Source: Eledone cirrhosa (Eukaryota). From it: a stretch of DNA of 64,000 nucleotides. Below the pieces are notes generated by a model that saw nothing but the letters and a program-made list of their open reading frames with translations, was not told the DNA's origin and searched no databases. Of this stretch, positions 43,320 to 57,210 are shown one piece after another. The stretch's first letter is position 1, and each line of letters begins with the position of its first letter. The DNA is taken from positions 417,818,001 through 417,882,000 of the forward strand of contig OZ024740.1 in NCBI GenBank assembly GCA_964016885.1, in the 5' to 3' direction. The translations under genes were made by a program, and so were the position numbers.

Positions 43320-43485
43320 TAACGTCTTCACGAACCAAAGTATCATCTTCCTGTTTTCTTTCGGTTGCAACGTTTTTCGAAATATTTACTTCTGCGTTCA
43401 CAGATTGATTTTTTTTAGTTTCAGAAGATCCCGTTAAGGGTGAAAGCAGAGATTCTTTGCTTAAACTTTAATGTGTTATTCTAAT
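43320..43485 (+). mobile_element. PLE family C 3' fragment (HHR at 43417-43467)
   Basis: Matches 9018-9185; short-type 3' end. Confidence 0.85.
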
Positions 43486-43492
43486 ATATATA

Positions 43493-43594
<102 letters not shown>

Positions 43595-43601
43595 TATATA
43601 T

Positions 43602-43753
43602 AACGAAGGAAATGTGGTAAGGAACCAGATGGACCATAACGCACCAAAGTACTCAATACTTAGGGTAGTAGAGTGGGTAATAGGAACAAGTAAATTTAGT
43701 CCAGAATTAGCCGTCGAAACGGCTTGAGCTCTGCCGTCGGGGTCATACTTGTT

Positions 43754-43757
<4 letters not shown>
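43602..43757. mobile_element. PLE family B inverted mini-element
   Basis: Tailed arm plus short arm ending GTTCCTA(TA)n. Confidence 0.82.
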
Positions 43758-43790
<33 letters not shown>

Positions 43791-44069
43791 GTGTACTGAT
43801 ATTTTTGCAATCACAAAAACAAAATATAAACAAACGTATTTATTTCACGAAAGCACAGACGGCTTATCGTCATTGTTACTGCCGTTATGCCACCCCAAAA
43901 GTCATAGCCTGGCCGCAAGATCAGATTTTCCAGAAGAAAAAATGTTACTAGAGCAACAGAGAGAGACTAAGCTTCGCGATTACCATCAACAAAGCTCAGG
44001 GTCAAATCCTAAATGTGGCTGGCCTTCATCTGGGAAAACCATGGTCAGTTGTATGTAGGATGCTCTAGG

Positions 44070-44933
44070 GATTGGTTCCCAACCAGGGGGCCATAGCAAG
44101 TTATTGGGGGAGCCACGGGAATTAACTAAAAATCACAAAATTTCATACATAAAAAAGAAGAGTAGTTTCCTAACATCATTTTTTTCTTTTTCTTGCTTCA
44201 AATTTTTAATATTCAACTTTTTGTCAACTTTCTACCTTTGCTAACTATGATTTCACTTCACTTGATAATTATTTAAATCTGGATATAACAATTTATGTTT
44301 TAGTAAATAAACTTAGTAAAGAAACTTATTTTTATAACAGGATATATATTATTTATTTTAGTAAATTTCTCATTGACAAAATTACTTTGATGACTATTTT
44401 GAAGTACTTTTCATTATTTATTTTAGTAAATTTATCATTTAAAACTGGATATAGAAACTCTTTTTTATCTATTTTAGTGAATTTCTCAATGTCAGAAAAA
44501 CAGAAAAAAAGAAAGTATGATGATACATATCTTCAACTGGGATTTGTTTGCATGCAAAAGAACAATATTGATTTGCCTCAATGTGTAATTTATTTCAAGG
44601 TACTGGGAAATGACTCTATGAGGCCTTCTAAGTTCAAATTACATCTTTCAAAATGTCAACCTGAACTACTTGGAAAAGATGAATCTTTTTTTAAAGGGAA
44701 ATCAGAAATCTCATTAATTTGTATTTTGAAATTAAATAATATGTTCTTATTTTAATGTTTTTTGTCGAAAAAGGGTTTATAATAAATTTAAAATGATTTG
44801 ATTGAAATAAAAAGACATGCCGAAATTATTTCTACATAAAAAAATTATATCAAAAATTTTAATTTTTTGGGGGGCCATACTGTTTTGCTATATCATTAAG
44901 GTGGAATTTATTATAAAAGGTTGGGAACGGCTG
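44070..44933 (+). mobile_element. Internally deleted hAT (Charlie/Buster-like) transposon
   Basis: TIRs ..GTTCCCAACC / GGTTGGGAACGGCTG; TSD CTCTAGG(G/A); 44489-44700 encodes KKRKYDDTYLQLGF..PQCV...SMRPSKFKLHL (BED-finger N-terminus). Confidence 0.85.
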
Positions 44934-45715
44934 CTCTAGGATGAGCTCGCCAAACAATCTCTTCATCTTTGCTCCCGAGAGCCGAACAAAAAATATTGTA
45001 TACTCTGAGGCTCTAACAATGTAATTTATGTATTTTCTGTTACTTGGAATTTCCATTATGGTTGTACAAATTATTGTAAAGTTTGTTAAAAAATGTGTTC
45101 TCTGTTCAACCTTTATTGTTGTAACTATCAATTTTCTTTAACGTACTGGCTGAGAAATGAAACCTACAATGAAAGAACATCTTAAAGTTTACCCAAACCA
45201 AATGTTGTCTTTATTAACATTTCTATCTGCAGGTTCTTAGCAAGCTTACTGGTGCTTTAGTATGGTATTCAATTCTCATATCGTTTTTGGTTGATATGGT
45301 GCACATATCGCAGTTATTCATATGTTTTAAACATTAGATAACTATTGCTGATGTATAATGTACGACAGAATTAGCTGAAAAATATTTTGAATGAACAAAT
45401 ATAAGAGATATAAAAGAGAGATGTTTTTTGGTTGGTTCCTTCGTGTATTACACGAAAAAAACGAAAAGTGACAATCTGAAAGTATGTACAAGATTGGGAT
45501 AAGAGTATATCCAGGATAGTTTATTGATACTAATTTTATAACACCAAAGAAGAAGAAAGACATACCACGTGTGCTAACCAGCCTGACTGCTATTTCAACC
45601 ATAAGGAATTCTCTCTCGAGTTCGTTGTCAGTGATGATCGTGTTTCGCTGCCTATGTCTCCGATTCCAACGGTGGTTTACACACACACACACACGCACAC
45701 ACACACACACGAATA

Positions 45716-45855
<140 letters not shown>

Positions 45856-45872
45856 TATATATACACACACAC

Positions 45873-45906
<34 letters not shown>

Positions 45907-46362
45907 GAACACTCTCACACACACACACACATATATATACACAAACACACACAAACATACACACACACTGTAAACAAGACAATGCATTCAATACAGACGT
46001 TTTCTCTTCTGCCGGTCTTCTCTTATCATTTGTTAACCCTGGCGAAGCTGGGTACCCCAGCTAGTATTATTTACGTCAAAAGATGTGTGAAAAGTTTGAA
46101 GATTAAAAAGAGGAAAAATGTATTATGTATTTCGAAGAACTATCGTAAAGAGGATATGTTTCAGAATGTCAATTAAAGATCATCAATCTACATCTAAAAA
46201 AATAGATTAAGAAGTGTATCATTAGGAAAAGAATATCAAATGGTAAAAATACTAGCTTTAAGAAGGAAGATCATTTAACATTTTTTTAATTTTTCAAGAA
46301 ATACTCAGTAAATAATAGGATCATTTTAAAGGTGTATAAGATATAGTCAAGTGTAATGAATA

Positions 46363-48250
46363 TCATAGATTAAAAATACTTCTGAAAGTGGAATTTTGGC
46401 GATGTCTGCAACTAGAAAATAATTCTGTTTTTAGATTAATAGAGTTTTGACAGTTATTTATATAAAAAATTTCCTCGATACACAAATGACAGATTCTTGA
46501 GAAAGCCATATTTCGGTATGCAGGTGCTTTTGAATAGTCTATATTGTTGTCCTTTAAATTCCAAATTAAATGTGAAAGTGAAGTGGAAGATTTTTTATCG
46601 GACCTATTAAATGTATGTTTGTGGTTACCAGCGTTCTTTGAATTTTGTAGAAGTTGCACCTATATAGTTAAATATTTTGTCTCTAGTTTTAACTGTGCAT
46701 TTATAAATTACGTTTTTGTCTAATCAATTATTTTGTAAAGGGCAGTTTGATTTAATTCTACAGTTACATTTTCTGGAGTTGTTATTAGGAACGGTACTAT
46801 TATTATGAATATTGTTGTTAGACATATTATTATTGCTATCTTGGTTTGATTGGTTACAGTTTAAATTTAAGTTTCTATTATTAATTCTATTTATATTTTG
46901 TGCTATGTTCTAGTAGTAGAGTAGGATAGTTTTATAGTTTGTCTGTTAAAAATAGAGTGGTATCTGTGGGCTTTAGGAAAACACTTATCTAGTGCTTTAA
47001 AAAATAGCTTTGCTAAAGGTGTTCTACTATTTAAGTTGAATTATTTATTGTTATTATAATGAATTCTAGGATGATTTGTCATATTATTGTTATCTAAGTA
47101 TTTAATTTTATTCGTGTATCCTGCTCTATATAAAGCTTCATTGTAATATTCTGCCTTATCATCAAAAATATTTTTATTAGCAGAGATGCGTGAAATCCGT
47201 TGTTGGACGCTAAATAATGTTATTTATATATCTAGGATGATTAGAATTGAAACTTACGTAATTTAGATATTCATTAATTTTATGGAATGGATAGTAAAGA
47301 CCTGAGCTAAGGTTTAAGGTTACATCTAAGAAGTTAACGATTTTGTAATTATTCTCGATTTCTAAATTGAGGTTGTAGTTGTTGAAAAATTGTATTATGG
47401 ATTTCTTTTTCCTATTAATTTCACTATTGCTATGGTTTTCAATTAAAAGTAATATATCGTCGCGATATAAACGTCCGGTCATCTCTGGCATTTTTCTATG
47501 CAGTACATTATTAATAAATAATCCCACGAGATCTGTTATTTTCGCCGAGTCAGATGATCCCATAGTGATATCAAAATTGTTTTTTCTGTCAGCTCTTGTC
47601 CAGAGATGATTATTAAATTCTATTAGGGTTTTACGTGCTGTTAGAATGATATTCATTTCTTCACTAGATAGGTCTGTATGTTTAGAAGCGTAGATAAGCG
47701 CCTTATTAAGTAAGCTAGGGGTAATAGAGGAGTAGTAATTAGCAATATCCATTTGAATTAATTTTTTCTTATGTTTTTATTTTGTTTTTACACCAATCTA
47801 TTACTTCATTTGTGCCGTTCCATAGTTTAAGGTGTGATTTTTCTTTAAGTAGTGGTATAATTCTATCTAGTATATGCTTGCTAATTATGCCTAAGTCAGA
47901 TTTAGATGGTGCGATGAATCTGACTGGTAGTTCAATTTCAAAATTTCTTTTGTGGTCCTTCAAGTTAATCTTCGGTTTTCTAGGTATAAAGGGTTCAGTC
48001 CTATTTTGAATGCCTAATTTATAAGTAATTTCCGAAGTTTCTCTATTTAAGGTTGAAAGATCTTCATTTGATGTCCTTTTGTAGCTTTTCCTGAGTTCTT
48101 TCAGTATTAGGTTATTATAGTCGTCCTTTTCCATACTATATAAATTATTGGTTTTGTCAGATTTTACAAGGATCTTCTTTGTTTTTTCTAGATTGTCTAT
48201 TTTATTGTTGAGGCCTTTAAGGTACTCCTGGTCGATAAATTGGTTTCTTT
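46363..48250 (-). pseudogene. Neptune-like PLE ORF: RT plus GIY-YIG, several stops
   Basis: KSDKTNNL, LKDHKRNF..PVR.I.PSKS.LG.ISK.ILD, DIANYYSSI, FDITMGSSDSA, LYRDD, NFLDVTLNL, SNHP, CNCR..CPL, YIG, CHLCIEE, CRH. Confidence 0.92.
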
Positions 48251-48291
<41 letters not shown>

Positions 48292-48295
48292 CATG

Positions 48296-48361
48296 TCTGT
48301 CTGACGACCGATCCAGACGTATATTATTATTGTCTCGGATCCAGAAACTTTTGGTAATGGA
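48296..48361 (+). ncRNA. Type I hammerhead ribozyme (family F)
   Basis: TCTGT-CTGACGA-CCGATCCAGAC...GTCTCGGATCCA-GAAA-CTTTTGG-TA-ATGGA, in mini-element 48291-48465. Confidence 0.75.
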
Positions 48362-48515
48362 GTAGTTATATTTTGTGTTGTTCACTTTCTAATTAAATAG
48401 CTCTGTTCTATACATAGAACACTCTTTTTTCCTTTGCTTTTCCTTCGGAATTACCTAACACACATATATATAAAGGTATAAATCTTAGTTGTAGCCGCAG
48501 TAGAGCATATACATA

Positions 48516-48696
<181 letters not shown>

Positions 48697-49284
48697 AGTT
48701 AAGTTTTTAGTAAAGTTCCGTGAAAATTTGTTCAATCCGTTTTATGTCGTTAGATGTCTGAAAATGTTAGGATAGTGGGAGAAATTATGAGTAAGTACAG
48801 TCTCATAACAACCTCAATCCCATATAAAAATAAATACTTGCCATGAAGGTGTTTGTTTCTATAGAGAGGGAACAATGAACAACTGTGTTTACTGAAATCA
48901 CCAACAGAGTGTAATCTCTGACCAACAGACCTGCTGTTACCTCTCTCCTTTATCATTGTATCAATATTACAGTGACCTCAGATAAAATCAGAACTGTTTG
49001 GACTCGTGCCACCTATTTTCAGGTATTCACTAACGCCTCTCCTTAACTATATTATAATTCCCCCTCTCCTCTCACCGCCTAGAACCTGTACTAACCACAA
49101 CACCCAGTCATTATTTCTAGAACGTTGACACCTTGAAATTCATTCACTACAGGTTTGTTTGTTTTGTTTATCTGCAGTCATTGATTTGCAGCTGTTCAAA
49201 AGGACAGCTGCAAATCATTCAATTACCATGTCGATTTTTTTTTCACCTGTATCGTGAACAACATCCCCAGACTATAACCAATAA

Positions 49285-49465
49285 TAATTGTTTCTACTTT
49301 TGACACAAGGCCAGCAATAAACCAGTACATTACTGGTACTTTATTTTATCGGCCCCGTAAAGATGAAAGGCAAAGTTAACCTCGGCGGGATTTGAACTCA
49401 GAATGGAAAGGGCCGTAACTCTATGCGTCAAAGCATGGCGTCCAGCCCTCTACCGAATCTGCCAA
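49285..49465 (-). mobile_element. SINE family 1
   Basis: Consensus match. Confidence 0.85.
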
Positions 49466-49786
49466 TAAATAAATGAATAAATAAATAAAAGAATACATAA
49501 ATAAATAAATAAATAAACAGATAACATCTCATAATTAATTAAATTAGAAAATTCTGTAATCAAAGCTGGAAATTTTCCTTTTATGAAAAAATAAATATTT
49601 CCAAATTTATTAATTTGTCGAATGTTCTGCTTTTTAATGATAAATACTGCGTTCTACTGAAGAAGTAAACGCAAACAGAATCTTGAAAGAAATATAGACA
49701 GCTATATATGGTCATCTAGTTTTATCATTTTATAAATTCTCATCAATTTGGAGAGAGAGAGAGAGAGTGTGTGTGTGTGTGAGAGA

Positions 49787-49844
<58 letters not shown>

Positions 49845-49919
49845 GAGAAATAGAGAGAGAGTGAGTGAGAAAGAAAATGGAAGAGAGAGTGAGATGATTT
49901 CTAACAGAATTTAAATTAT

Positions 49920-50440
49920 TTCTTCTTCTGCACCCACTTATTCCTGAGACGGTCGTGGGAGCACAGTCCTCAAACACTCTTTCCAGCGGCTCCTGTCAAA
50001 AGCAACCGTCTCTAATTGATCTGGCTCGATCTCCAAGCAAGACCAGCCAAGCATCTTGCTCGGGGTCTACCCCTGGGTCTCCTGCTGGTTGGTTTTGCCC
50101 GAAAAATCTTTCCACCGATTTTTTCCTAAGATATTCTAACCTCATATCCATAATATCGGAGCTGTAATCTCTCAATTTGGAGAAGTAGCGGCTCTACCTG
50201 TAGTGACTCTGTGATCTCCGAGCTACGCATTCTATCGAGTAACGTTACTCCAAAGACCCTTCGTAGGAACCTCATTTCGGCCGCTTTATTCGCAATCGTA
50301 TTGTTTTCGGTCATTGCCTTTCATCCTTACGGGGTCGATAAAATAAAGTACCAGTAATGCACTAGGTAATTGCTGGCCTTGTGCCAAAAGTAGAAACAAT
50401 TATTTTCGGTCATTACCCAAAATTCATGACCACAAGTAAA
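49920..50440 (-). mobile_element. RTE-clade LINE 3' fragment with SINE piece nested at 50316-50403
   Basis: AAEMRFLRRVFGVTLLDR.RSSEI...VEPLLL.IER.QLR; TATTTTCGGTCATT-like TSD around the SINE. Confidence 0.8.
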
Positions 50441-50602
50441 GATTGCTACGACTACCGAACTGAAGATAGAAAATTTGGCTTTTACCCCACCTCCTGATTA
50501 CCGAATGTTGAAGCTGGCACATTACTGCACCAGCTCCTGCCTTTGGAATTTAAACACCATAATCTAGGTAATTACATATGTATGTCTGTATCTTTTTGTG
50601 TA

Positions 50603-50655
<53 letters not shown>

Positions 50656-51639
50656 CTATTGCAAGTGAAATTATGTATGTTTTGAGTTATATATGTACAC
50701 ATGCATGTTTCTGTATCTATACATATGTACATGCAGTTTTTACATGCTGAATTTCAGAAATGTTTTACTTATTTTTACAGTTCCATTAATGGACTGAAAT
50801 TGCAACTTCCTAATTAGCAATGTCTTTACAAGAATTGTACCGATGCAGTAACATATCAAAGATCACCAATGATCACAGGCACAACTCTAAAGGTCTTGTC
50901 AGTTTGGAGATCTGCAGATTCTTCACTGGTTAAGCATAAATGTTCCCCCTTTCGCTATTCTTTAGCATTATATTAACATCTACTGTGTATGCCTTCTTTT
51001 CTCAGTTCCATATCACTATATCTGGTCTGTTTGCATTTTATTGGGGATTTGACTGGAATATTCCACCAGTACTCTTTCATATTATGTGTATACATGTCCT
51101 CCAGGTCACTAACATATTATTTTATATTCTTAGGACTATACATTCTACAGATTGCATTGTATAGTGTTTTAGCCGCTACATCAGACCTCATGTATGTATG
51201 GATGGGTGGAGGAACTCAGCAGAGTCAATGGCCATCCAAATAGTTTCTTTTTTGTTTTTCACCTGGGAGTGAAAGGCCCCCAGTTGTTGTCACAACACTT
51301 TTATAGGAGAGGGAAACTCTGAAAAAAAACCTGCGGCTTCGGAAGCATCCGATGATGTTGACCAGTTCTCCTTTTCGGGTAGTGTTTTCGATGCTCAGAG
51401 AGTGGGATTGGTCGAGTGCAAGGCCTTTCCTCTCTTAAAAAACCTTCAAAGCACAGGCATTGCTTGATCAGGATATATTGCAGGTTCGTGTGGCTGGCCA
51501 TAGCCTAAAAGTGTACCAAACCCTATAATCTGACAAGCTATTGCAATACTCTTAGCAGAGTTTGCAGCGATCATGCACGCATGTATGTATGGATGGAGGG
51601 AAGGATCTGTAACTAATGGTGGACTTATAGGAGCACGGT

Positions 51640-52100
51640 AGTGCCATACGGCGTATTTCGGGCATTTCAAACATGGCAGAGACCATCTCCTCTCCAGATC
51701 TGAACACAGCCGATTTCTTCCGGAGAAGGATAGAGAATGAGAGAGAGAGGAAAAGAAAAAAAGATATAGAAGAAGAATTGACCTCAGTACTAGACTGGTA
51801 CTTTTTTATCGACTTCGAAATAATGATTTCTAGTATAGGCAGAAGACCAGTAATTTGGGGGAGGGGAAAGTCGATTAAATTGACCCCAGTGTATTACCGG
51901 TACTTTATTTTATCGACTCCGTAAGGATGAAAGGCAAAGTTAACCTCGGCGAGATTTGAACTTAGATCATAAAGGGACATAACTCTATGCTGCAAAGCAT
52001 GGCGTCCGACCCTCTATCGATACTGCCAATCTACCACCCTTATCGACTTCGAAATAATGAAAGACAAAGTTTATTTCTGCGGAATTTGAACCGAAGAAAC
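51640..52100 (-). mobile_element. SINE family 2 with a nested family-1-like SINE
   Basis: TSD TTATCGACTTCGAAATAATGA at ~51806-51826 and 52040-52060. Confidence 0.75.
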
Positions 52101-52317
52101 AGAGAGCTGTTAAATACATAAATTATGTTGAAGATTTTATTTCGATAGAAGTCCAGAGATTGTTTCAAAGGGAAAGATGTCACATTAATGCGTTTCTCGA
52201 TGAAATCAGTGAAGTAAGTATTGCTAGCTTTAACCAGAAATGGAAACCGGTTCAGTAATTTAGCTTATTTGAGCGTTATTATCTTCTCTTACTGTAGAAC
52301 TGACGATGAAAAGCATG

Positions 52318-52640
52318 CATGGTCCCGGTGTTCTCGAGAGAGTCGTAGTGTCGCCGCATTGACATTCAGAGTTTCTCGGGCATTTTTAAAAACCTGGTGG
52401 AGCCCATCTCCTCTCTAGGTTTGAATACAGCAGATTTCTTCCAGAGAAGGATAGAGAGAGTGAGAGAGTGGAAATGAGAAAGAGATAGAAAAGGAATCGA
52501 CCCTAATGTTTGACTGGTACGTTTTTATCGACCTCGATTGGATAAAAGTCAAAGTTGACTTCAGTTTGATTTGAACTCAGAGAACAGAGCAAATAAAACA
52601 AAACATTCTATCCGACGTTCTAACCACTCTGATAATTCGA
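52318..52640 (-). mobile_element. SINE family 2
   Basis: Homologous to 1549-1880. Confidence 0.7.
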
Positions 52641-53046
52641 CACCGACGTTGAAATAAAGTGGAACAAGATATTATAATCGTGACAACAAATCTTCATTTT
52701 TAATTTAATTTCTGTAACATTGAAGGCTGTTTAACTGATTATAATCTACACAGTAAACTAAAATTTGATTAATATTTTATTTAAACCTAAATTAGATTAA
52801 TGTTTAATAATATTTAATAATATAACCTAAATTAAATTGATTTTTTCAATGGAAGTGTCTAACGTCTCTGAAAATAAAGTTAATTACACATGAATGAATG
52901 GATGAGAAAATAAATAAGAGTGAGAAACAAACAAGATTTCTATTATACGAGAATAGGATGGCTATGAAGGGGTGGGGCTAGAGCTGTGAGATCTTGCAGG
53001 CACTAATTTCAACTCTTTTTATTAATAACTGCATTGTTTCTTTCCA

Positions 53047-53241
53047 GGGACTATGTTGAAAAATAAACCTCATTTGGTCATTCCATGAGAGTATCTTGGT
53101 CATAAACTGTCAATGAAGGAATGATGCTAGAGCTGTGAAATCTTGTATGCATTAGTTTCAACTCTTATTAATAACTGCATTGTTTCTTTCCAGGGACTAT
53201 GTGGTCATTCCATGAGAGTATCTTGGTCAGCAGACCCTCAT
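53047..53241 (-). mobile_element. mariner-like terminal fragments within a local tandem duplication
   Basis: Reverse complement of 56074-56236; 52977-53110 is duplicated at 53125-53230. Confidence 0.55.
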
Positions 53242-53454
53242 ATTTTACTTAGTTTGTTTTCATAATTTCGTGCAGCTTATTTAGAGTAAATTAGAAATAG
53301 TTTGGTTAAAATGACCTGAAATTCGAGGAGAGCGTCTGTTACAGAAAGAAACTAATTCAATATTGTGTTAAGTATATTGTTACAATGTCATTGAAGTCTT
53401 GTTAATCAAACGTGTGTATGTATTTATTTAATTAATGTGTGTGTATGTGTATGG

Positions 53455-53645
53455 AAGAAGAAGAAAAGAAAAAAAGAAAAAAGAAAAAAGAAAAAAGAAA
53501 AAAGAAAAAAGAAAAAAGAAAAAAGAAAAAAAAAAAGAAAAAGAAAAAGAAGAAGAAGAAAAAGAAGAAGAAAAAGAAGAAAAAGAAGAAAAAGAAGAAA
53601 AAGAAGAAAAAGAAGAAAAAGAAGAAAAAGAAGAAAAAGAAGAAT
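53455..53645. repeat. (AAAAAAG)n/(GAAGAAAAA)n purine tract
   Basis: Direct inspection. Confidence 0.9.
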
Positions 53646-53707
53646 AAGGTTTCTGTGTTTACAATACATAGGTATGGAGTATATTTCAGTATCTAATTTA
53701 GCGATCA

Positions 53708-54206
53708 TTGGATTGGCAGTATCGGTAGAGGGTCTGACGCCATGCTTTGCAGCATAGAGTTACGTCCCTTTACGATCTGAGTTCAAATCCCGCCGAAGTT
53801 AACTTTTCTTTTCATCCTTACGGGGTCGATAAAATAAGTACCAGTAATGCACTGGGTAATTGCTGGCCTTGTGCCAAAGGTAGAAGCAATTATATTGAGT
53901 CAGCTCGAAGTCTCTGCAGGCGTGTAATATACGGTCTTTCAGTGACTGGAGTCTCTGTGGAGTATGGCTGACAACTGCTGGATCATCGATAAACAACATG
54001 TCACTAATGAGTGTTACAAATGTTTGTCTTGGTTCTAAGGTGAAATAGATTGATGGGCATGACGTCAGATCTAGAGGACACAGACATCACTTTCGTTTCT
54101 GTTGTTCTGTCGAAAGCATAACTTAACAGCACGGGGTTGATAAAATATAGTACCAGTAATACATTGGGATAATTGCTGGCCTTGTGCCAAAAGTAGAAAC
54201 AATTAT
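53708..54206 (+). mobile_element. Chimeric SINE: SINE, then ~235 bp copied from the 32.4-32.6 kb flank, then a second SINE 3' half
   Basis: 53893-54132 is the reverse complement of ~32394-32637. Confidence 0.85.
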
Positions 54207-55009
54207 TTTATAGTCGTTAAACTAGAATACCAATCAAGTTAGAGGCATCAATAAAAATGACTCTAGCTTTAACCCAAATTGAAGAATTTTTTTTACCAAT
54301 GTTAAAATCAATATTGAGAACATCTGTATTTTAAAACGAAGTCTAGACGTAACACAGACGAGATTTAAACAAGGATAAAATACCAATTTTTATTGTTTTT
54401 CAAATGGTATGTAAATCTAAAATATATGTGCTGCGTTCCGTGTTTGACCCTCGGTTGGTATTCAAAAGATGATTTAACCTAATTTAGGAAACTATTTTAA
54501 GATTTTGGATTTTGTAGTTCTGAGTAGTTTTAGGACTTTATTAAAAACTCGAGGTGTGAGACTAAGAGATCTGTTTGCAAAGATATTCCAGTCGTGACCA
54601 TCCTGTTATTTAATATATTTAGAATTACATAAGATAATGTAATCCTAGTTATACTAAATAACAGGATTTTAATGGTTTTTAAAGTGTAGTTTGAGGGAAT
54701 TTTGTCTGCTATTTCTAACAGGCTGAACGAGTTGGGAGACTGGTCGACAGGCAGACAGGCAGTCAGACAGAAAGAGTGGGAGACAGGCAGACAGGCAATC
54801 AGACAGGAGAGAGAGTGAGGTGCGAGGTGGGAGATCTAGAACAAAAGATCTTTGGACTGAATTCAGGAATAAAGAAGGAAATGTATTGGATTTTGGGGCT
54901 TCACTTGCTTAAAACACCAAAACTAAGTTTAGGGACATTTGGTTGCGATTCAGAGCACACAGTCGCAATTAGGGAATTAGAGGACGAATGTCTTGCAGAA
55001 GACTAAACG

Positions 55010-55036
55010 TATATATATATAGAGAGAGAGAGAGAG

Positions 55037-55073
<37 letters not shown>

Positions 55074-55247
55074 TATATATATATAGAGAGAGAGAGTATA
55101 TATATATATATAGAGAGAGTATATATATATATAGAGAGAGAGAATATATATATATAGAGAGAGTATATATATAGAGAGAGTATATATATATATATAGAGA
55201 GAGTATATATATATAGAGAGTATATATATAGAGAGAGAAAGAGAGAG

Positions 55248-55278
<31 letters not shown>

Positions 55279-55326
55279 TATATATATATAGAGAGAGAGA
55301 GTATATATATATATATAGAGAGAGAG

Positions 55327-55359
<33 letters not shown>

Positions 55360-55605
55360 TATATATATATATATAGAGAGAGTATATATATAGAGAGAGT
55401 ATATATATAGAGAGAGTATATATATATAGAGAGAGAGAGTATATATATAGAGAGAGTATATATATATATAGAGAGAGAGATTATATATATAGAGAGAGTA
55501 TATATATATAGAGAGAGAGAGTATATATATAGAGAGAGTATATATATATAGAGAGAGAGTATATATATAGAGAGAAAGAGAGAGTATATATATATAGAGA
55601 GAGTA
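55010..55605. repeat. Compound (GA)n(TA)n minisatellite
   Basis: Direct inspection. Confidence 0.92.
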
Positions 55606-55737
55606 TGAATGAATATCATATTTTATATTTCAAATTATATACTTTCAGTAATTTTGTATAGAAAAATAGAATTGACTCTTGCTGTAAGAGGTTGACATTC
55701 TCTGGGTTTTCGGAGCCCTGTTTTTTACTTGTACCTT

Positions 55738-55912
55738 AATTGTTTCTACTTTTGGCACAAGGCCAACAATTATCACAGTACATTATTTTATCGACCCCGT
55801 AAGGATGAAAGGCAAAGTTAACCTCGGCGGGATTTGAACTCAGAACACAAAGGGCCGTAACTCTATGCTGTAAAGCATGTCGTCTGATGATCTACCGATA
55901 CTGCCAGCCCAC
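55738..55912 (-). mobile_element. SINE family 1
   Basis: Consensus match. Confidence 0.82.
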
Positions 55913-56073
55913 CACCCTTTTACTTATACATTAATATAGAAGATTGACTAAAAATAATGTCCTCGGAAGTGCTCTAATAACCTCGAATTATTGAATTCGT
56001 TGTCAATGAAATTTGTAAATTGTTGGTAATAAATTTATCGAAATAAATTAAATTTAAACTCAAAACTGTAAAG

Positions 56074-56236
56074 TACGAGGGTCGGCCGAAAAGTTCATAG
56101 TCTGACCAAGATACTCTCATGGAGTGACCAAATGAGGTTTATTATTCAACATATGAGGGTCGGCTGAGAAGTTCGTAGTCTGACCAAGATACTCTCATGG
56201 AATAACCAAATGAGGTTTATTTTTCAACATAGTCCC
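56074..56236 (+). mobile_element. Two tandem mariner-like termini
   Basis: TACGAGGGTCGGCCGAAAAGTT and TATGAGGGTCGGCTGAGAAGTT, ~78 bp apart. Confidence 0.6.
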
Positions 56237-56262
56237 TAGAAAGAAATAATGTAGTTATTAAT

Positions 56263-56448
56263 AATTGTTTCTACTTTTAGCACAAAGCCAGCAATTATCC
56301 CAGTATATTACTGGGACTTTAATTTATCGACCCCGTAAGGATGAAAGGCAAAGTTAACCTCGGCGTGATTTGGACTCAGACCATAAAGGACCGTAACTCT
56401 TTGCTGCAAAGCATGGCGTCTGACGCTCTACCGATACTGCCAATCCAC
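56263..56448 (-). mobile_element. SINE family 1
   Basis: Consensus match. Confidence 0.85.
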
Positions 56449-56641
56449 TTATTAATAATAAGAGTTGAAATTAATACATGCAAGATTTCTCAACTCTAGC
56501 ATCACTTTCATAGTCAGCCAATGAACATTTCAGCCGACCATCGCGTATATTGCTTCGAATGTTGGTCTTGACTGCTATTTTTAGACACAAAGAGGAGGTT
56601 ATATGAGGCTAAGTGTTGTAATATCGCCAAACATATCAGTA

Positions 56642-57210
56642 CAGAAGTACCTTGACTTACGAGTGTCCCAACTAACGAGTTTTCGTATCTCGGCCGATAT
56701 TTCGCTTCGGGTTACGAACCAGTTTCAGATACCCCTCCGCTAGTTGGCGTAGTGACCGCCACAGTGAACGCTGTAACATCCACCCAGCATCCAATAGGTC
56801 CGAAGAAAATGAGCGCGAAGGACAGTGCTGAGAAGAAGAAACGGATGATGTGCATTAAATTAAAGAAAGAAATTATCGACAAACGACCACGGTATGCGTG
56901 TAGTCGACTTGGCGAAGCAGTACGAACGTAGCACTCCTACGATCTGCACCATACTGAAGAAGGAGTCGATAAAGGCTATAACCCCAGCCAAGGGAGTTAA
57001 AATAATTTCTAAACAGCGGACATCTATCCATGAAAATATGGAAAAGCTGCTGATAGTGTGGTTGACGGAGAAGCAGCTATAATCTGCGTGAAGGCAGGAG
57101 CTATTTACGCTGATTTGCTGCAGCAGACCCCAGGTACTTCGACATACGAATAATTTGAGTTACGAGCTCCGTCACGGAACGAATTAGACTCGTAAGTCAA
57201 GGTACCACTG
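56642..57210 (+). mobile_element. Internally deleted Tigger/pogo DNA transposon
   Basis: TIRs CAGAAGTACCTTGACTTACGAG / CTCGTAAGTCAAGGTACCACTG with TA TSD; CENP-B-type HTH remnant DLAKQYERSTPTICTILK...MEKLLIVW. Confidence 0.9.

Noticed and set aside
54776-55006. 76-aa ORF of normal composition
   Set aside because: No recognisable homology or splice signals
53047-56236. mariner ends defining one 3-kb element
   Set aside because: The termini point away from each other and no transposase lies between them
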